A DNA stretch of 64,000 nt. Origin: Octopus sinensis (taxonomy: Eukaryota). The position numbers were made by a program, and so were the translations under genes. Below the pieces are notes generated by a model, which was given only the letters and a program-made list of their open reading frames with translations, was not told where the DNA came from and did not search any database. Shown piece after piece: positions 11,635 through 26,027 of this stretch. How positions within the stretch are numbered: the stretch's first letter is position 1; every line of letters starts with the position of its first letter. The DNA lies in the NCBI RefSeq assembly GCF_006345805.1, contig NC_043006.1, positions 98,332,001-98,396,000 of the forward strand, given 5' to 3'.

Positions 11635-12135
11635 AAATAATAATAAATTAGAGACAAAACCACTATTATGCAAATCAAACAAAGAAAGACTTAAGCCAAT
11701 ACATCAAATATAAAATAATTTATATAAATTAAAATTTAACAAATGAATAACCACTACGATCGTTTCGTGTCAGCACATCTTAGACATTCTTCAGGTGGTT
11801 TCTAAACCTAAAATATAAAATATAGTCAATATTTTACGATATAAATATCTATATAATCTTAATAAACTCTATTATTAAATATGATTATATCGAAATCGAC
11901 TATAATGTTAAATATTAACTTTAATTTATAAGGTAGAAAAACCATATGCTAATATCCATATTAGTCTATATCTACTTATATAGATATTTGAAATATATAT
12001 AAATTATTAATGAAAAAATATAAAAATATTATAATCAAGATCTAAATTAGACTCTATAAACGATTGTATATGATGAAAGCCTAATATATTTAATTTCTCA
12101 TATTTAAAGATGAAATAGCTAATTTCAAAAGACAA
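11635..12135 (-). mobile_element. Short AT-rich element family H3, copy 2, with a hammerhead motif at 11749-11800
   Basis: Minus strand: AACCAC-CUGAAGA-A-UGUC(UAAGAUGUGCU)GACA-C-GAAACGAUCGUA/GUGGUU; 6-bp stem I; palindromic ACGAUCGU stem III. Confidence 0.72.
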
Positions 12136-12921
12136 AAAAATATATATATACACACAAGCTCATGCACCTATATACATGTATGTATATAAACATCCAAATA
12201 CGCACACAAACTCACACACACATATATACATCTACACACACACATAAACATATAGACACAGATATATCCATAATGCAGCCCTACACCTCTAAACATCACC
12301 TATTCATACTCACACACACACACATACAATCACACATTCATAAACATATACTTTCAACAGGACACTAACACAGAGGAGAAATAACATCCAGCTGTGATTG
12401 CGATCTAAAATTGGATATAATTAGGAATGTATTAGATCTACCGGTTGTGGAGCTGTTTTCTTCGTGTCTCTTTAGCAGTGTATAGGAGCGGAAACTGTGC
12501 TCTTCAGTACATGTTTACATATTTATCCTGTTTGAGAATACGTAGTTCGGAAATGTTGATGCAGTCTTTCAGACAGCTCTTGACATACTCGTTTCTCTAA
12601 CAGTCATAATCTTTGATGTATTCAACATCCGGTCTTCTTAAACAATGTCTCCACTCTCTTAATTCCAGCATAAATTCTCTCTGGAATATTATCGCGGTTA
12701 TTATCAATACCTGCAGGTCTCAATTTGCAAAAGGCTAAACGGGGTTTTTAACGGAATATTAACAAATTATCGCTAACTGCCCCGGTGAGTCCGCGAAGAG
12801 AATGGATACTGCATCCGTTAGAATCACCAAATAAAAATTAGTGTTGCACATTGTAGTATATATCTCGTACATCTTGCTGTGCTTGTATACAGGTAGTACA
12901 TTAGGTATTAATCTTTACTCC

Positions 12922-12953
<32 letters not shown>

Positions 12954-13899
12954 GCATACATACATGTATGTATTTGTATGTTTGTGTGTGAGAGAGAATG
13001 ACAGAGAGAAAGAAAGAGTGAGAAAGTGTATATATATATATATACATACACGACACTCACATGCATGCACACAAACACACAAACACATATATATTATTAA
13101 TGAAACGTTGTCAATTAGGATGAATTTACCAATCTCATTGAAAAGTGAATTTGAGCAACAATAATAATAAATTGATTTCTTGATTGAAACATAATCCATT
13201 ACAAGATGAATTTAGCACCGGTTATAATACAAATGAATTCACGTTCATTTGTTATTGACCATATGAATGTTTATCGAGTTTATCTTGATGAATTGGTCTG
13301 ACGCCGAGGAAAGCCTCACAAAATGTATATTTATTATATCAAATTCATTGTATTTACACTTCCGCTTTCATTTGGTCTGACATATTGGATCCAATAAAAA
13401 TAATCCAAACTAATATTATGCAATTATACGATAATGTAAATTAGACTAACTCTTCTATTATTGGGACAATGTTCAATAAGATGCATTTACTGAAATATCT
13501 CTAATCATTTGGTCGTAGAGATACATGAACCATTAAGCAATTTATTCTAGTTATTCCTGAGATCCAATTGTCTGATTTAGTCACAGCACTTATATAACGT
13601 CGTATGTAATGCAAACACACACATACACACATACTCAAACATTTTGAAACACATTCACACACACTCACACATACACTGTGCCCACGAAAAGTATACGCAC
13701 ACTGAACACTTATAAATCTGTGTTCAAATACATTTCAGTTCCAAACTTTAATACAACTTACAGATACGCTGTAATTTTATGAGCATGATGGCCGTTCTAT
13801 TTCAGAGTAGGCAGTAATCATAAGGAAACACTAGTGAATCGCAAATATCAAGATATATTTCGTTTCTTATTTGTGTGTTTTCTCGTTCAACTGTTATCT

Positions 13900-14120
13900 A
13901 TAATTAGTCGTCTGTTACAAAATTTCTTCCATAAATTGCATCTTTTGAGCAATCATTTAATAAAATAATTGTAGCTCTGTGTGGTCCACTGAACGTGGAG
14001 AGTAATTTAATCTAATACATCAGATTGGTAAAATTTCGTCAAGGTAGAACCTCGCATAACTATAGTTGTGTGGCTTTGGCCCATCTTGCTAAAAAGAAAA
14101 ATCACACATCTTCAAAGTCC
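13900..14120 (-). pseudogene. Tc1/mariner-superfamily transposase remnant (catalytic region)
   Basis: Minus-strand peptides FF*QDGPKPH..ARFYLDEILP, YSPRSVDHT and LKDAIY resemble QQDGAPPH..YLDE, YPPRSPDLT and LKDAVY. Confidence 0.5.
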
Positions 14121-14372
14121 TCTTTAATGTCTGCCATAGTAGATTGTTAATGAACATTCCATTAAGGATAACTAGTCAAGTTCCATTTGAAAATAGCGGC
14201 GCAATGAATTCGATGTATTTCAGAGTTTATACAGACGAGTGAGAAATCGCTGTCTTCTTCAATCCTATGGTAGTCGGATAGTATTTATCTGGTATTTCTA
14301 AATTTCGGTATGTGGTGAAGGAATTTTGCTGAACCCAATTTTAATTATACATATAATTATAGAACTTTTGTT

Positions 14373-14459
<87 letters not shown>

Positions 14460-14470
14460 GTCTATCTATC
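14373..14470. repeat. (TATC)n tetranucleotide microsatellite
   Basis: Near-perfect tcta repeats of about 98 bp. Confidence 0.95.
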
Positions 14471-14692
14471 TCTCTCTCTATATATATACACAGACATATA
14501 AATATACATATTTAGGACTTCCCGGTTTGCTGTGAATCGATTTTGATAAAAGGTTTCCCACCTAATTTGTACTCTATGACAATACCATTGTTATGTGTCC
14601 ATTATTCCGTGTAACGTCCTTTCTTTTTTTTATTTCAGATTCTTCAGTTTTTGGGAAAATCACACAAATAGCTTTTCTCCTGTCTAAGAACA

Positions 14693-14990
14693 ATGGAACG
14701 TGGAAAAGTCCTTAAGGATGAAGAAAAGAGTATCCTTACCAAGGAATGTGTAAAAGCAGCTCCCTTCATGTCATTGTGGAGAGATTAGGTCGTCATGTGG
14801 GCCTGGTTAGACAATTTGTTAAAGACCATTCGCAAAGGAAGAAACGATCCGATTGTGGCACCTCCAAGAGTATGACAACTAGAGATTAAAATAATATTGG
14901 CTGCAAGTTACGTGGGAAACCTGGACAAACGAGCAAAACCATTTCGACCACCTCCAGACTTCCTCATGTACCGAAATCGCATTCTCGAGG
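14693..14990 (+). pseudogene. Tc1-like transposase N-terminal fragment
   Basis: MERGKVLKDEEKSIL..LHVIVERLGRHVGLVRQFVKDHSQRKKRSDCGTSK, a typical Tc1 paired-like HTH start; frameshifted. Confidence 0.5.
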
Positions 14991-15382
14991 CTTCCGCTCC
15001 AGAAATCCTGAAACTGCCTCCTCAAAGGAGTTTGAGGCTTTAATGGGCGCAAAATATTGTTTCATTCATTTTTTTTCTCCATAAGTGAATGAAACTTTAT
15101 CAAGAAATTATATATCTATTTATGAATTAACGTATACATTGTCGAATTTCAGTTCCAATGGCGAAATTTCAACAAATGTGTCAAGTAGATGGTACAAAAT
15201 TTGCGAAGCCAGTCTCTTGATTTTATAGCACTTCAGCTTAGAAAACGGATTGGGCTCTATAATTTCATTATTTTCACAGGGCGAATTTGATATGTGACCA
15301 TTTTGAAATCAAATCGAAGACATTCTAAATAAAGCCACTGAGAGTTTGCCAATTTCAATATCCGTTACAAGGAATTTAAGTA

Positions 15383-15798
15383 TCTCTTTCTCTTTCTCTT
15401 TTAATTGTTTCTGTCATTTTACTGGGGCCTTGCTGGAGCATCGCCTTTAGTCGAGCAAGTCGACCCCGGGACTTATTCTTTGTAAGCCCAGTACTCATTC
15501 CATCGGTCTCTTTTGTCGAACCGCTAAGTGACGGGGACGTAAACACACCAGCATCGGTTGTCAAGCAATGCTAGGGGGACAAAGACAGACATACAAACAC
15601 ACACACACATACATATATAAATATATATACATATATACGACAGGCTTGTTTCAGTTTCTGTCTACCAAATCCACTCACAAGGCATTGGTCGGCCCGAGGC
15701 TATAGCAGAAGACACTTGCCGAAGATGCCACGCGATGGGACTGAACCCGGAACCATGTGGTTGGTTAGCAAGCTACTTACCACACAGCCACTCCTGTG
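15383..15798 (-). mobile_element. SINE family A, copy 2
   Basis: Reverse-strand match to copy 1 over head, core, internal microsatellite and tail. Confidence 0.9.
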
Positions 15799-16739
15799 TC
15801 TATATTTCCTTTTATAAAGCTCCTCCTGTATTTGAAACATGAATTCAAGATAATTGGCGTATATTATGTGCGCATTCTAAAATCAGCTTGCGTATACTAA
15901 TTGAACGTGAAGCAAGGTGTATATAGATCCATATGCATGGAGTTGGTGTATTGTATTTCACTTCCCAAAATGAATTTTTCTGCACTTCCCTACAAAAACA
16001 AATCGGTTGTCACATCTCGTCATAATTGCTACCTATTTCATGCAAATCCTATCCACAGTGATTTCCAGATGTCCAAGCCAGACGGTGACGGCATTGACTG
16101 AAACGGATTTGTGGAATAATGTAAATGCCATGGATATAATCACGTCTTAATCAACAGCTTATGAAATCAGGATATAACATATTTTACGCTAAAATAAATA
16201 CTCATAGATTTGAATGGAAAGCTTTTACTGGCTAGATACATTCAATATGTAATTTTAAATATATGTCTATGTTTCCAATAGCGGATGATACCCAAAAATG
16301 TTTCTGCAAGTATACATATGAATGGGATGGCTTAATTAGATGATCCCCACCCCCAATATTGACATTACCGGGTACATAAAAACGAACACACGACATACCG
16401 ATTGAAAGGTACAGTAAATGGAAATAAGAAAGATTAAATATATGTATGTTGAGGAAAGAATCACTCAACACTAATTTAACAAAAGTTTTCTCAGCAGGTC
16501 AATACTAGTTCAATAAAAATTATGATATATTTTCTCACATTTAATATCGTAAGTTGCAGTGCTGTAGATTAAGCAAAGCTATAAAGTGTATACTCTTCTG
16601 TGCACTCCCAAACACGCACACATATACATGCCTATATATCTATCTATCTTTCTATCTATCTATGTGTTTCTCTATTGATTTGAAGTGAACTTATCTCATA
16701 TATATATATTCAAACACATATATACAACACATATACGCG

Positions 16740-16788
16740 CATTGAGGCACATATGTAAATACACAGACACACAGACACACAGACACAC

Positions 16789-16880
<92 letters not shown>

Positions 16881-17000
16881 TGGGCGTATGTGTAGTGCAT
16901 ATATATATACGTATATAGATATATATGTGTATATATGTATGTATATATATATATATACAGATATATACATACATACATACATAATACATACATGCATGCA
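16740..17000. repeat. Compound (CA)/(TA)/(TATG) microsatellite, representative of many in the window
   Basis: Visible directly. Similar tracts at 17720-17870, 18170-18240, 24800-24960, 25770-26100, 30230-30720, 31630-31870, 45020-45240, 52500-52705 and 63590-63667. Confidence 0.95.
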
Positions 17001-17717
17001 TACGCATATGAGTGTGTGAACATTTATTTATGCAAATATGCATGCATACATGATTGTCTGTGTTTGTGGAAGAACCTACTTGTCTAGGTATAGTTTTATT
17101 GAATTTATCATTTGTAAGCTTTCAGATATCAAAATGTTGGTATCTATAAAATTACAAATTGTACATTTCTTTTTAATGAGCGCTCCATGTGAAATACATA
17201 TTGCCAAGTCTCGTTGCAAAACATACTCGCTAGAATTTTAACAAAACTTTCCGGTATGTTTAACCATGCAAATGGAAAGTAGATTAATATTGAAGCCTTT
17301 GGAGATATCTGAAGGAATTTTACAGCAGCACTTTTGAATATTTGCAGTATCGATTGGATAGGCTATAAACATCGAATGAAGTTCATTCATATGCGTAAGT
17401 TAGAAATTGCTTGCACATAAGTAGCATATATATATTTTACTCTTGCTTTAGCATGTCCTCTGGTTAAATACGTCAATAATATACATACCTCTTCCAAAAT
17501 CAGGCTTCTTCTATCATCTAAAACTGTGTAAAAAGCTATCCGATCGGAAAATGTAATGCGATGTACATTTGCTAATGGAAATAATATTTAAGAACATTTC
17601 TAACTTACACATCTCAATAGTAGAAAAACCTTACTTTGAACATTAAAAGGCTTGTCTGATATATACATATTTTAAAAAGAAAGATGTGAGTGGCTGGAAA
17701 CGCATCACTTGAAATAT

Positions 17718-17781
<64 letters not shown>

Positions 17782-17790
17782 CATACACAA

Positions 17791-17836
<46 letters not shown>

Positions 17837-18170
17837 CAACATATATAAATATATATATATATATACATGCGTCTGTGTATGTATGTGGGTAGATAGACAT
17901 ACAAATAAATAGTTAGACAAACATACATATATACACAGACACATTTAAGTACGTATTCCTGTGTCTATGTGTACTTCCGTGTAAGTTTATTTCTGTTAGC
18001 TTCATGAGTTTGTAAAGATATTCCTGTTCTACTGACTTAGTTATTCGCATATTCTGCGTGCAACGTATCGATTGAGATAAATATATAAGGCATCTGCGAG
18101 TTGTATATTTCGGGAAAAAAGTTGAGTTTTTTTCGCTATTTCATTTTCAATATGTATGTATATACGTATG

Positions 18171-18222
<52 letters not shown>

Positions 18223-18400
18223 ATATATATATGTGTGTATATGCCTGTGTTGCATGTATATAACGCATATTTCTATGTATATGTATGTGCCTGAGTGTAT
18301 ATATGTGTGAGTCAGTGTGTCAGTATGTGTGCACGCACACAGTTTGTACATAGGTATGCCTATGTATACATGTACACGCACACGCATACAGATGCATATA

Positions 18401-18802
18401 TACTCTTTACTCTTTCACTTTTCTACTTGTTTCAGTCATTTGAATGCGGCCATGCTGGAGCACCGCCTTTTAGTCGAGCAAATCGACGCCGGGACTTATT
18501 CTTTGTAAGTCCAGTACTTATTCTATCGGTCTCTTTTGCCTAACCACTATGTGACGGGGTACGTAAACACACCAGCATCGGTTGTCAAGCAATGCTAGGG
18601 GGACAAACACAGACACACATATATATATATATACATATATACGACAGGCTTCTTTCAGTTTCCGTCTACCAAATCCACTCACAAGGCATTGGTCGGCCCG
18701 GGGCTATAGCAGAAGACACTTGCCCAAGATGCCACGCAGTGGGACTGAACCCGGAACCATGTGGTTGGTTAGCAAGCTACTTACCACACAGCCACTCCTG
18801 CG

Positions 18803-18804
<2 letters not shown>
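18401..18804 (-). mobile_element. SINE family A, copy 3
   Basis: Full head (ggcgcaggagtggctgtgtgg) to tail on minus; head abuts (TA)n. Confidence 0.92.
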
Positions 18805-18846
<42 letters not shown>

Positions 18847-20699
18847 TATCATAAACAAAGTCGCAGACTTGTACATACATCAGTATCAAGGAATATAGCA
18901 GCAATATTTTAAATAGATTATATGGTGCTACATTTACATCTACATTAATTCTAGAATTGACTGATTGAAAAAAAATTGTCCTTATCTCAACTTCTTAATA
19001 AATACTATATCAAGCTTTTATTCTTACTCTACATTCATAAGCATGCTTACAATCGGAATTTCACAAATGTAGGACGTCTTTTGTAAATTTATGTTATATA
19101 CTCTTTCTGAGTTTCTTCAGTTATTTTTGTAGCCCGAGGATGATGATAAACAGTTATAAATCAGACACCTAATTACTTATATTGGTGCTTATGCTATACC
19201 TCGTTGGAAGTATGTTCTCTATCAAATATACGTCTCACACATTGTATGCGTTTTACCTTTGTATACGAATCTAAAATATGGTACAGCATACGTATATGAC
19301 GAGCCTCAGGCAAAACATTTACTTCGAGGATAAATAATTATGTTTGATTAACCCAGTTGTATTAATACTAAAAAATATATTCAGTTTTTATGAGGATAGA
19401 ATTAAATATTAAACACATTTTAATGTCTGTGGCATAAACATTGGAGGATATTTTCAAAAGGCATAAGGTGATATCAGCGAATCTACTGAGCGGAAGAAGA
19501 GCACACACTTTTAGCCATAATACTCAATGATATTTCACTACATTTATTAAATACTAATCTATGGCTACAAAGAATACACTTTTTAGATTAAAAAAAAATA
19601 TTGTAAACTCATTAGATGCCCAGATATTAGTCAATACGTAACTGTGTTGTAAAGCGGATTCATTGGGTATTAATAACCTGCTTCTCTATGTTCACATCTC
19701 TAATACAAAAAGAGTGATTCGTTGGAATTAGTGCTAAACAGTATTCACTTTATGTATATAGGACAATTGAGAAGCACTGCATGGATCGGTGTGTGTGCGT
19801 GTGTGTGTGTGCGTGTGTGTGTGCGTGTGTGTGTGTATTTATGTTTTGAAATGTCTGGCCAATGATACTCTAAAAGATGAGTATAAATTACTCTTACGAT
19901 GATATACATATTCCAAAACTAAATATGCTTTAGTCTCGAGGGGAGAAGTAAAACAAATCATACTGTTACTAATGTATTCCAGACTATTCATGCTTTAGTA
20001 TTTATCCTAAATATAAGAACATGTCAATATTTTCGATTAGAACTTGCTGAAAAAGATTTTATAAACTGTGGGTGAGACCTACTTAGTAACTGTGTTAAAA
20101 TTTTATTAAATTTACTTGCTTAGTTCAAGTGATAAAATACTTCAGTAATATTTGTGTCCGTAGTATTAATGATAGATGTATTTTAAGACAAATCAAACAA
20201 ATATTTGATCTCCTTAAAATTGATTTGGTTACTATGATACTGGTAACCATATTATCAATGGTTGCTAAATATAGATAACAATTTTTTATGGACAATAGTC
20301 TTACGCGTAAAACAAAATACTATGCTTCATATTATTCGGTTTCTGTGTTCTAGTCTTAGTAATCGTGTTTGGAAATTCTATCATGTGTATAAAATAGTTT
20401 ATAATAATGGGAAGTCGGCAAAACTGATATGTTTAATGAAGAAGAATTGTGAACAAAATCCTCAATAAATAACAATAAAAAAAAAGGCAAAATAAACCAT
20501 GTTAATATACTCAGATTTTTATATAATTTGATTTATTTAAAACAATGATAAGATGAACAACAAATTATCTGAAAGTGTAGTTATATGTGGTAATATCATT
20601 TTATAATTGTCGAAAGAATTAATGATGAAAGACTCAATTTTAGATCACATTTAAGGCTTTGGATACCTTGGATTATATATCTAATGTGCTTTTCCAGTT

Positions 20700-21263
20700 T
20701 TTAAACAGTAGCATGCGTGAGGTGACTTTATCTCTACTTCTCGAACGCCGACCGACAATATAGAGTTTCGTTCATTAATTCTGCCAAATTCTGAACGCCT
20801 TACTTCCCTGGGATTGGACACATTGAAACTCCGACGTCTGGCAGCTGACTTGGCAGACACCCATAAAGTTATTAACCATCTTACAAACAATAACTATGAG
20901 CACCTTTTCAAACTCTACCCATCTAACACACATGGACATGTTTACAAAGTCAGAAAACAGCACAGCTCCCATGACTTCAGGAAACATTTTTTCACGCTGA
21001 GAGTTGCTGAAGCATGGAACAAACTGCTGGCATCACTTGATAGTTGTCGGAGCACTGCATCCTTCAAAACTTGCATGCTCCCTGAGACCCGCCAACACTA
21101 CACCTGATTTTCTCCCCTCCATACACACGCAAGCATGTATCTGACTCATACACTGTTCACTTTCCAGACATTTCTACATTACTGAATATACTTTGTACCT
21201 ACTTTTTGACAAGTTGTGGTGCACCGGAGCACTGCATACAATAATTTTATTATTATTATTATT
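20700..21263 (+). mobile_element. CR1-group LINE 3' fragment
   Basis: LKLRRLAADLADTHKVIN..THGHVYKVRKQH..RKHFFTLRVAEAWNKL is a CR1-type ORF2 C-terminus; a 3' UTR follows, ending in (ATT)n. Confidence 0.85.
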
Positions 21264-22021
21264 TTAAGTCAACACCTGCAAATGTTTCATGTGAATGCAT
21301 TATCGCCCAACATTCAAAGTTTATTATTTGAACATAGATAGTTACAAGACGAGATTTTATAAACAAATAAAACATGAGGTTATACTTTGAGAAAAGTCAA
21401 AATTCATTTCTCATTTGACATTAATTTGATTAAATTTCAGGTAAATAACAGTGAAAGAAATCATTATCCCTTGTAAACTAAACGTTCCCTGAGAGAATGT
21501 AATCTGTTTTATAGATTCAATTAAGTAATTTTCAAAACGGAGAGTAAAAATAAGGATATGGATGACGATCTATACACAATTAATTTACCATAACACATTC
21601 GTTGCTTTTGTACAGCAATTTTTATAAGTTGGAGCATTGGGGAACAATAAGTAAAAACTGTATGATGCTTGGTAGTATCTTAGTCCGTGATACCTCATTT
21701 GGAAAATTTACACGCACTAACAAACGTTTAGAGACGCATTTACGCATAGACACATACAAAGACACGTTCACACGCGCGCGCGCACACACGCACATTTCCA
21801 TTCAATTCCCGTCTAGTAAATTGACTCACGCGACAATGATTGGCTCGTGGGCCCTAGTTAAAGGGCATTTGTTTAAGGTAATGAGAGTGGAACAGAACTC
21901 GTAATATCGTAGTTGGAAAGGCTAGTCATTTGCCATACAGCTTCAGATTCGGATATGGTATACATAAGCTTATATGCATGCGTGCCCACGCTCGCACATT
22001 CTATACACACATGCTCACAGC

Positions 22022-22069
<48 letters not shown>

Positions 22070-22077
<8 letters not shown>

Positions 22078-22279
22078 GTTGTATACTGTCAATCTAACGT
22101 GAACGTGATAGTAGGGGGTTACACCACCGCTGTTTAGCCCGAGGAAGCATCGACGCCTCCTGATGGCTTTGACACATTAAAGCCATCAGGGGGCGTCGAT
22201 GCTTCCTAGGGCTAAACAGCGGTGGTGTACCTCCCTACTGTCACGTTCACGTTAGATTGACAGTATACAACCATTCTAT
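22070..22279. repeat. Near-perfect GC-rich palindrome (two 101-nt arms, 8-nt loop)
   Basis: 22070-22170 is the reverse complement of 22179-22279 with 5 mismatches; loop gacacatt; the left arm starts at the end of a (TA)n run. Confidence 0.95.
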
Positions 22280-22332
22280 CGCCCCACCACCGTACATATC
22301 TCTATGAGAGATTTAGAAATTTAATATTTCTG

Positions 22333-22363
<31 letters not shown>

Positions 22364-23221
22364 TGCGTGTATGTGAACACAAATAATCATACCCAAACTC
22401 ACACATGTGCGCACGCATATATTTACATGGAAGCATACATACATACGTTTGGCGGACGTCTACAAAATCAAAGTGAATGGTTGATTATAAACAGTACAGT
22501 AGAATAGTAGAAGGCAAGTTCAAGGAAAGAGATTACACCTGTATTGCGTCTTCCGTTGAAAATGACCAATAAATGATTCTCTGATACTCGAAGATCATTT
22601 GAAACTTTAATTAAAAGAAGACCATATGCACCTTACTCCAAATGATATATTTTGCACAAACGAGACGTTATACTGAGCATCATAAAATGTTAAAAAAAGA
22701 AATATAGTGATCGAATTAGCCCACATTTTAATGTAGATGAGACAGAATCCAAAAATGTATATCCAAATATCTTAGAAACTGTAGATATAGGTATGTGAAG
22801 ACTATTGGATTTTTCTGTTACCATATAGATTTTGAGATAATAGTTTTAAGAGAAGCGGGTGCGTTACTGGAACCTACAATCCTTTGTTAACTGCAAGTTG
22901 GCTTACCGCTCAAATTTATGGCTTTACAACGAACTATGGAGAGATCGGGAAAATATCTTATAAAAGAAGCCTGGAAGATATGGTTGTATTGAATGATTAA
23001 GGATATCACCAAGTTTGGAATAGTCCCCAGAACTGATATCGTATCATATAAACTTGGAAATTTCTCGAAAGTTCTTGCACGAAAAGGTGGAATGCCAGAG
23101 GTATAACAATAGGACTTATGGCTATACATCAGAATTTTCTTTTCCACTCTGTTTTTTAACGTACACATAATTCAGAGCTTTGGCTTATTAATTTTCTCAG
23201 TTAACAATTATTTACATACTA

Positions 23222-24533
23222 CGAGGGTGATATGAAAAGATAATAGGCTGAATATGAAGGAATAATGCAAACTATAAAATCTTGCATGCATTAAGCTCAA
23301 ATCTCTTGATCAGTAATTGCATTGTTTGTTTTGGGATTAAAGGACATCTCACTATTCAAAGAAGACTACAAATGTAACTAGAAATGATTGGCCTTGAAAA
23401 TGGACAGAATTTGGCATCGTATCTGCTGGAAAATGGTTTATATCCCAAAGACTGTCATGCTGACATGGTTGCTACATTAGGGATGGCGTTCCACCGTTAT
23501 CGACAATGCAAAAGCGGGCAGCTGAACTTAGAAGAACGGAGGATGACTCAAGGTCTGAACTTGTTCAGCTGCAACGCCGAGGAAACACTGATCGCGTTCA
23601 CCACATGTTGATGAATGACAAGCAATTGACTATAAATCGAATAGCCTATACTATTAGTGTATCTCACGAGAGACTAGAAAATGATCCTGATACGAGGAAA
23701 GCTTACTCTCGGTGCGTAACGCGTCTTCTGATAGTTGATGAGAAGCGGAGTTTCTTACAGCGTACAGATATATGTTTAATTTGATACTATTTTACAAACA
23801 AAAGTAATTTGTAGAATAATATCAAATTAAACATGTATATGTACGTTATATGATGAGAAGAGTAAGAAGCTGATTACATCAGGGGGAACATCTGACGTTG
23901 TTTCAAGCTGATCCAACCTGTTTCCTTGAACAATACCTAACCCAGGATGAGATGTGGAAACAACTCCCCTTACTTGCTGAAAAGAAGGCCAAGGTAATTT
24001 CATCCGCAGGGTAAGTGACGACCTCAGTCGTTTGGGCTGATTATTTATTGATTATGCGCAAAAGGGTCACGTAATGAGTAGTGAGTAATTTGCCAACTCC
24101 AGATGACTGAATCGAAAGGCTGTCAAGACCGAACGGTGAGGAAAACCGAGGAAACGGGTCTTATTCCATTAGGACAACGCTCCACCACACTCATACTTGG
24201 TTTCAAATGTGTGTGACTGTGGCTTTCAACTGGTTGATCGCTCTCCCTATTCTCCTGATTTAGCTCCAACTTACTATCCTCTGTTTCCCAACATGACAAA
24301 AACACTTGACTGGGAAACGACATCACAGTGATGATGACGTCATATCTGCTGTTGATGACTTTTTGATTGACTGTCTCTTTACCAATGAGATATAAGCACT
24401 GCAACACCAATGGTAAAAGTATGTGCACCACATGGTGGACGATGATGAACAGGAAACCTCATTTGTAGGCCTCATTTTGTCACAATTCATGAGAGTATAT
24501 TTATCAGCCTATGAAGTATTCCGTCGACGCTCG
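23222..24533 (+). mobile_element. Decayed mariner transposon
   Basis: Starts TA|cgagggtgatatgaaaagataataggctg, with a degenerate inverted copy ending near 24533. Peptides PKDCHADMVATLG, DRVHHMLMNDKQLTINRIA, YLTQDEMW, VLFH*DNAP and PYSPDLAP; AT-rich insertion at about 23760-23880. Confidence 0.8.
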
Positions 24534-24831
24534 TGTTTGCTCTATCATGCAGAAACAGAATTCTGCAGTTGGCCAAATATGAGAAGTCAATCAGCCGTAA
24601 GTTTCGTGAGCTATTACATAAAACTTCGAGGATGACCAAATGTCACAAATGTCTCCGATTACTGAAGGGTTATTGGAGGGATGTAACATAAATTTGGTCG
24701 CAACTGGGAGAACAAATTAAACAATTATAGAAGATATAATATAGTAAAAACGAAACATGGCAGTAATTCTAAGCATACATAAAACACACACACACATACA
24801 GACGTGCATACATATATACATACATACATAC

Positions 24832-24888
<57 letters not shown>

Positions 24889-25767
24889 AATGACAAAAGT
24901 ATATATGTATATATATATATGTTTAACGTATGTAAATATATACATATATACACACACATATATAATCTATCTAACTATCTATTATTATTCACATTCATTT
25001 TTATATATCTACATGTTTTATGTACACACATATTTATTTCTCTGGCGAAAGATAAATATTAGTTGAAATACACAATATATATATATATAAATATATATAT
25101 GTATACGTGTGTATGTGTTTGTGTGTGTAGTTGTGTGCGTATGTGTGTGGTTTGTGTGTGTGAGTGTGTGTAAGTATATGTTTGTATGTTTGTATCCATT
25201 CAGGCATGTATGCGTGTGTTTATATATATTGATGGATTTGATACCAGTTATGATATCTATAATACTATAACGAAGTAAGACACACAATCGGAACAAAATC
25301 GAGATGATATGATTATAACGATTTATACGAAAATGCCAAACAAATGCTAATTGACGGTAAATTATCATATCGGCCGCTGAAAGGCAAACAAACAATAGCT
25401 TACCAAAGCAGTTACGGATGCCATTAGTAAATAATATAAATTCGACGAATGAACATAATGCATATACGGCCAAGCTACTGATTTCAAGTGAGAGTTACTA
25501 AAAGTACTTCCTCAGTTTCATTCAGCCTGGGTAGACAATGCTGAAGAAAAGAGGAATACGAAATAGTGAAATGAAAGACAGCATGAAATAAGTTAAGCTA
25601 CGAAGAAACTACTAATGCTAATGCTATTCAATTCATTTTAAGAAATGGAAGACGCAGATGTTCTCTCTTTTTCTCTGTATGTCTAAGAACGACAATGTGA
25701 ACAAGTAATGCTACTTCAGCGCCACGTCTATTAAGTTAGCGTACTAAACGACGAAGAAACGTCTACT

Positions 25768-25857
<90 letters not shown>

Positions 25858-25993
25858 CATATATATGTATGTATGTATGTATACACATATATGTGTGTGC
25901 ATATATATATATATATATATAATATATATATATATATATACTTACATACATACATACTTATATGCATATATAGATATAGGGTATACAATATAC

Positions 25994-26027
<34 letters not shown>

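Noticed and set aside
11850-12110. Possible antisense-encoded GIY-YIG C-terminus within H3 (KIL*SRSKL..C)
   Set aside because: The resemblance is weak, and the AT-rich sequence has many stops; not supportable without an alignment.
12380-12716. GC-richer block with short open frames on minus
   Set aside because: No recognisable motif in any frame; possibly an old repeat, but I cannot assign it.
12717-12784. + strand segment with a cag acceptor and a strong gtgagt donor
   Set aside because: Stop codons in all three frames; could only be a non-coding exon, which sequence alone cannot support.
22860-23168. 93-aa minus ORF, and a + strand ALQRTMERS peptide reminiscent of RTE
   Set aside because: Only one short motif resemblance; too weak to call.
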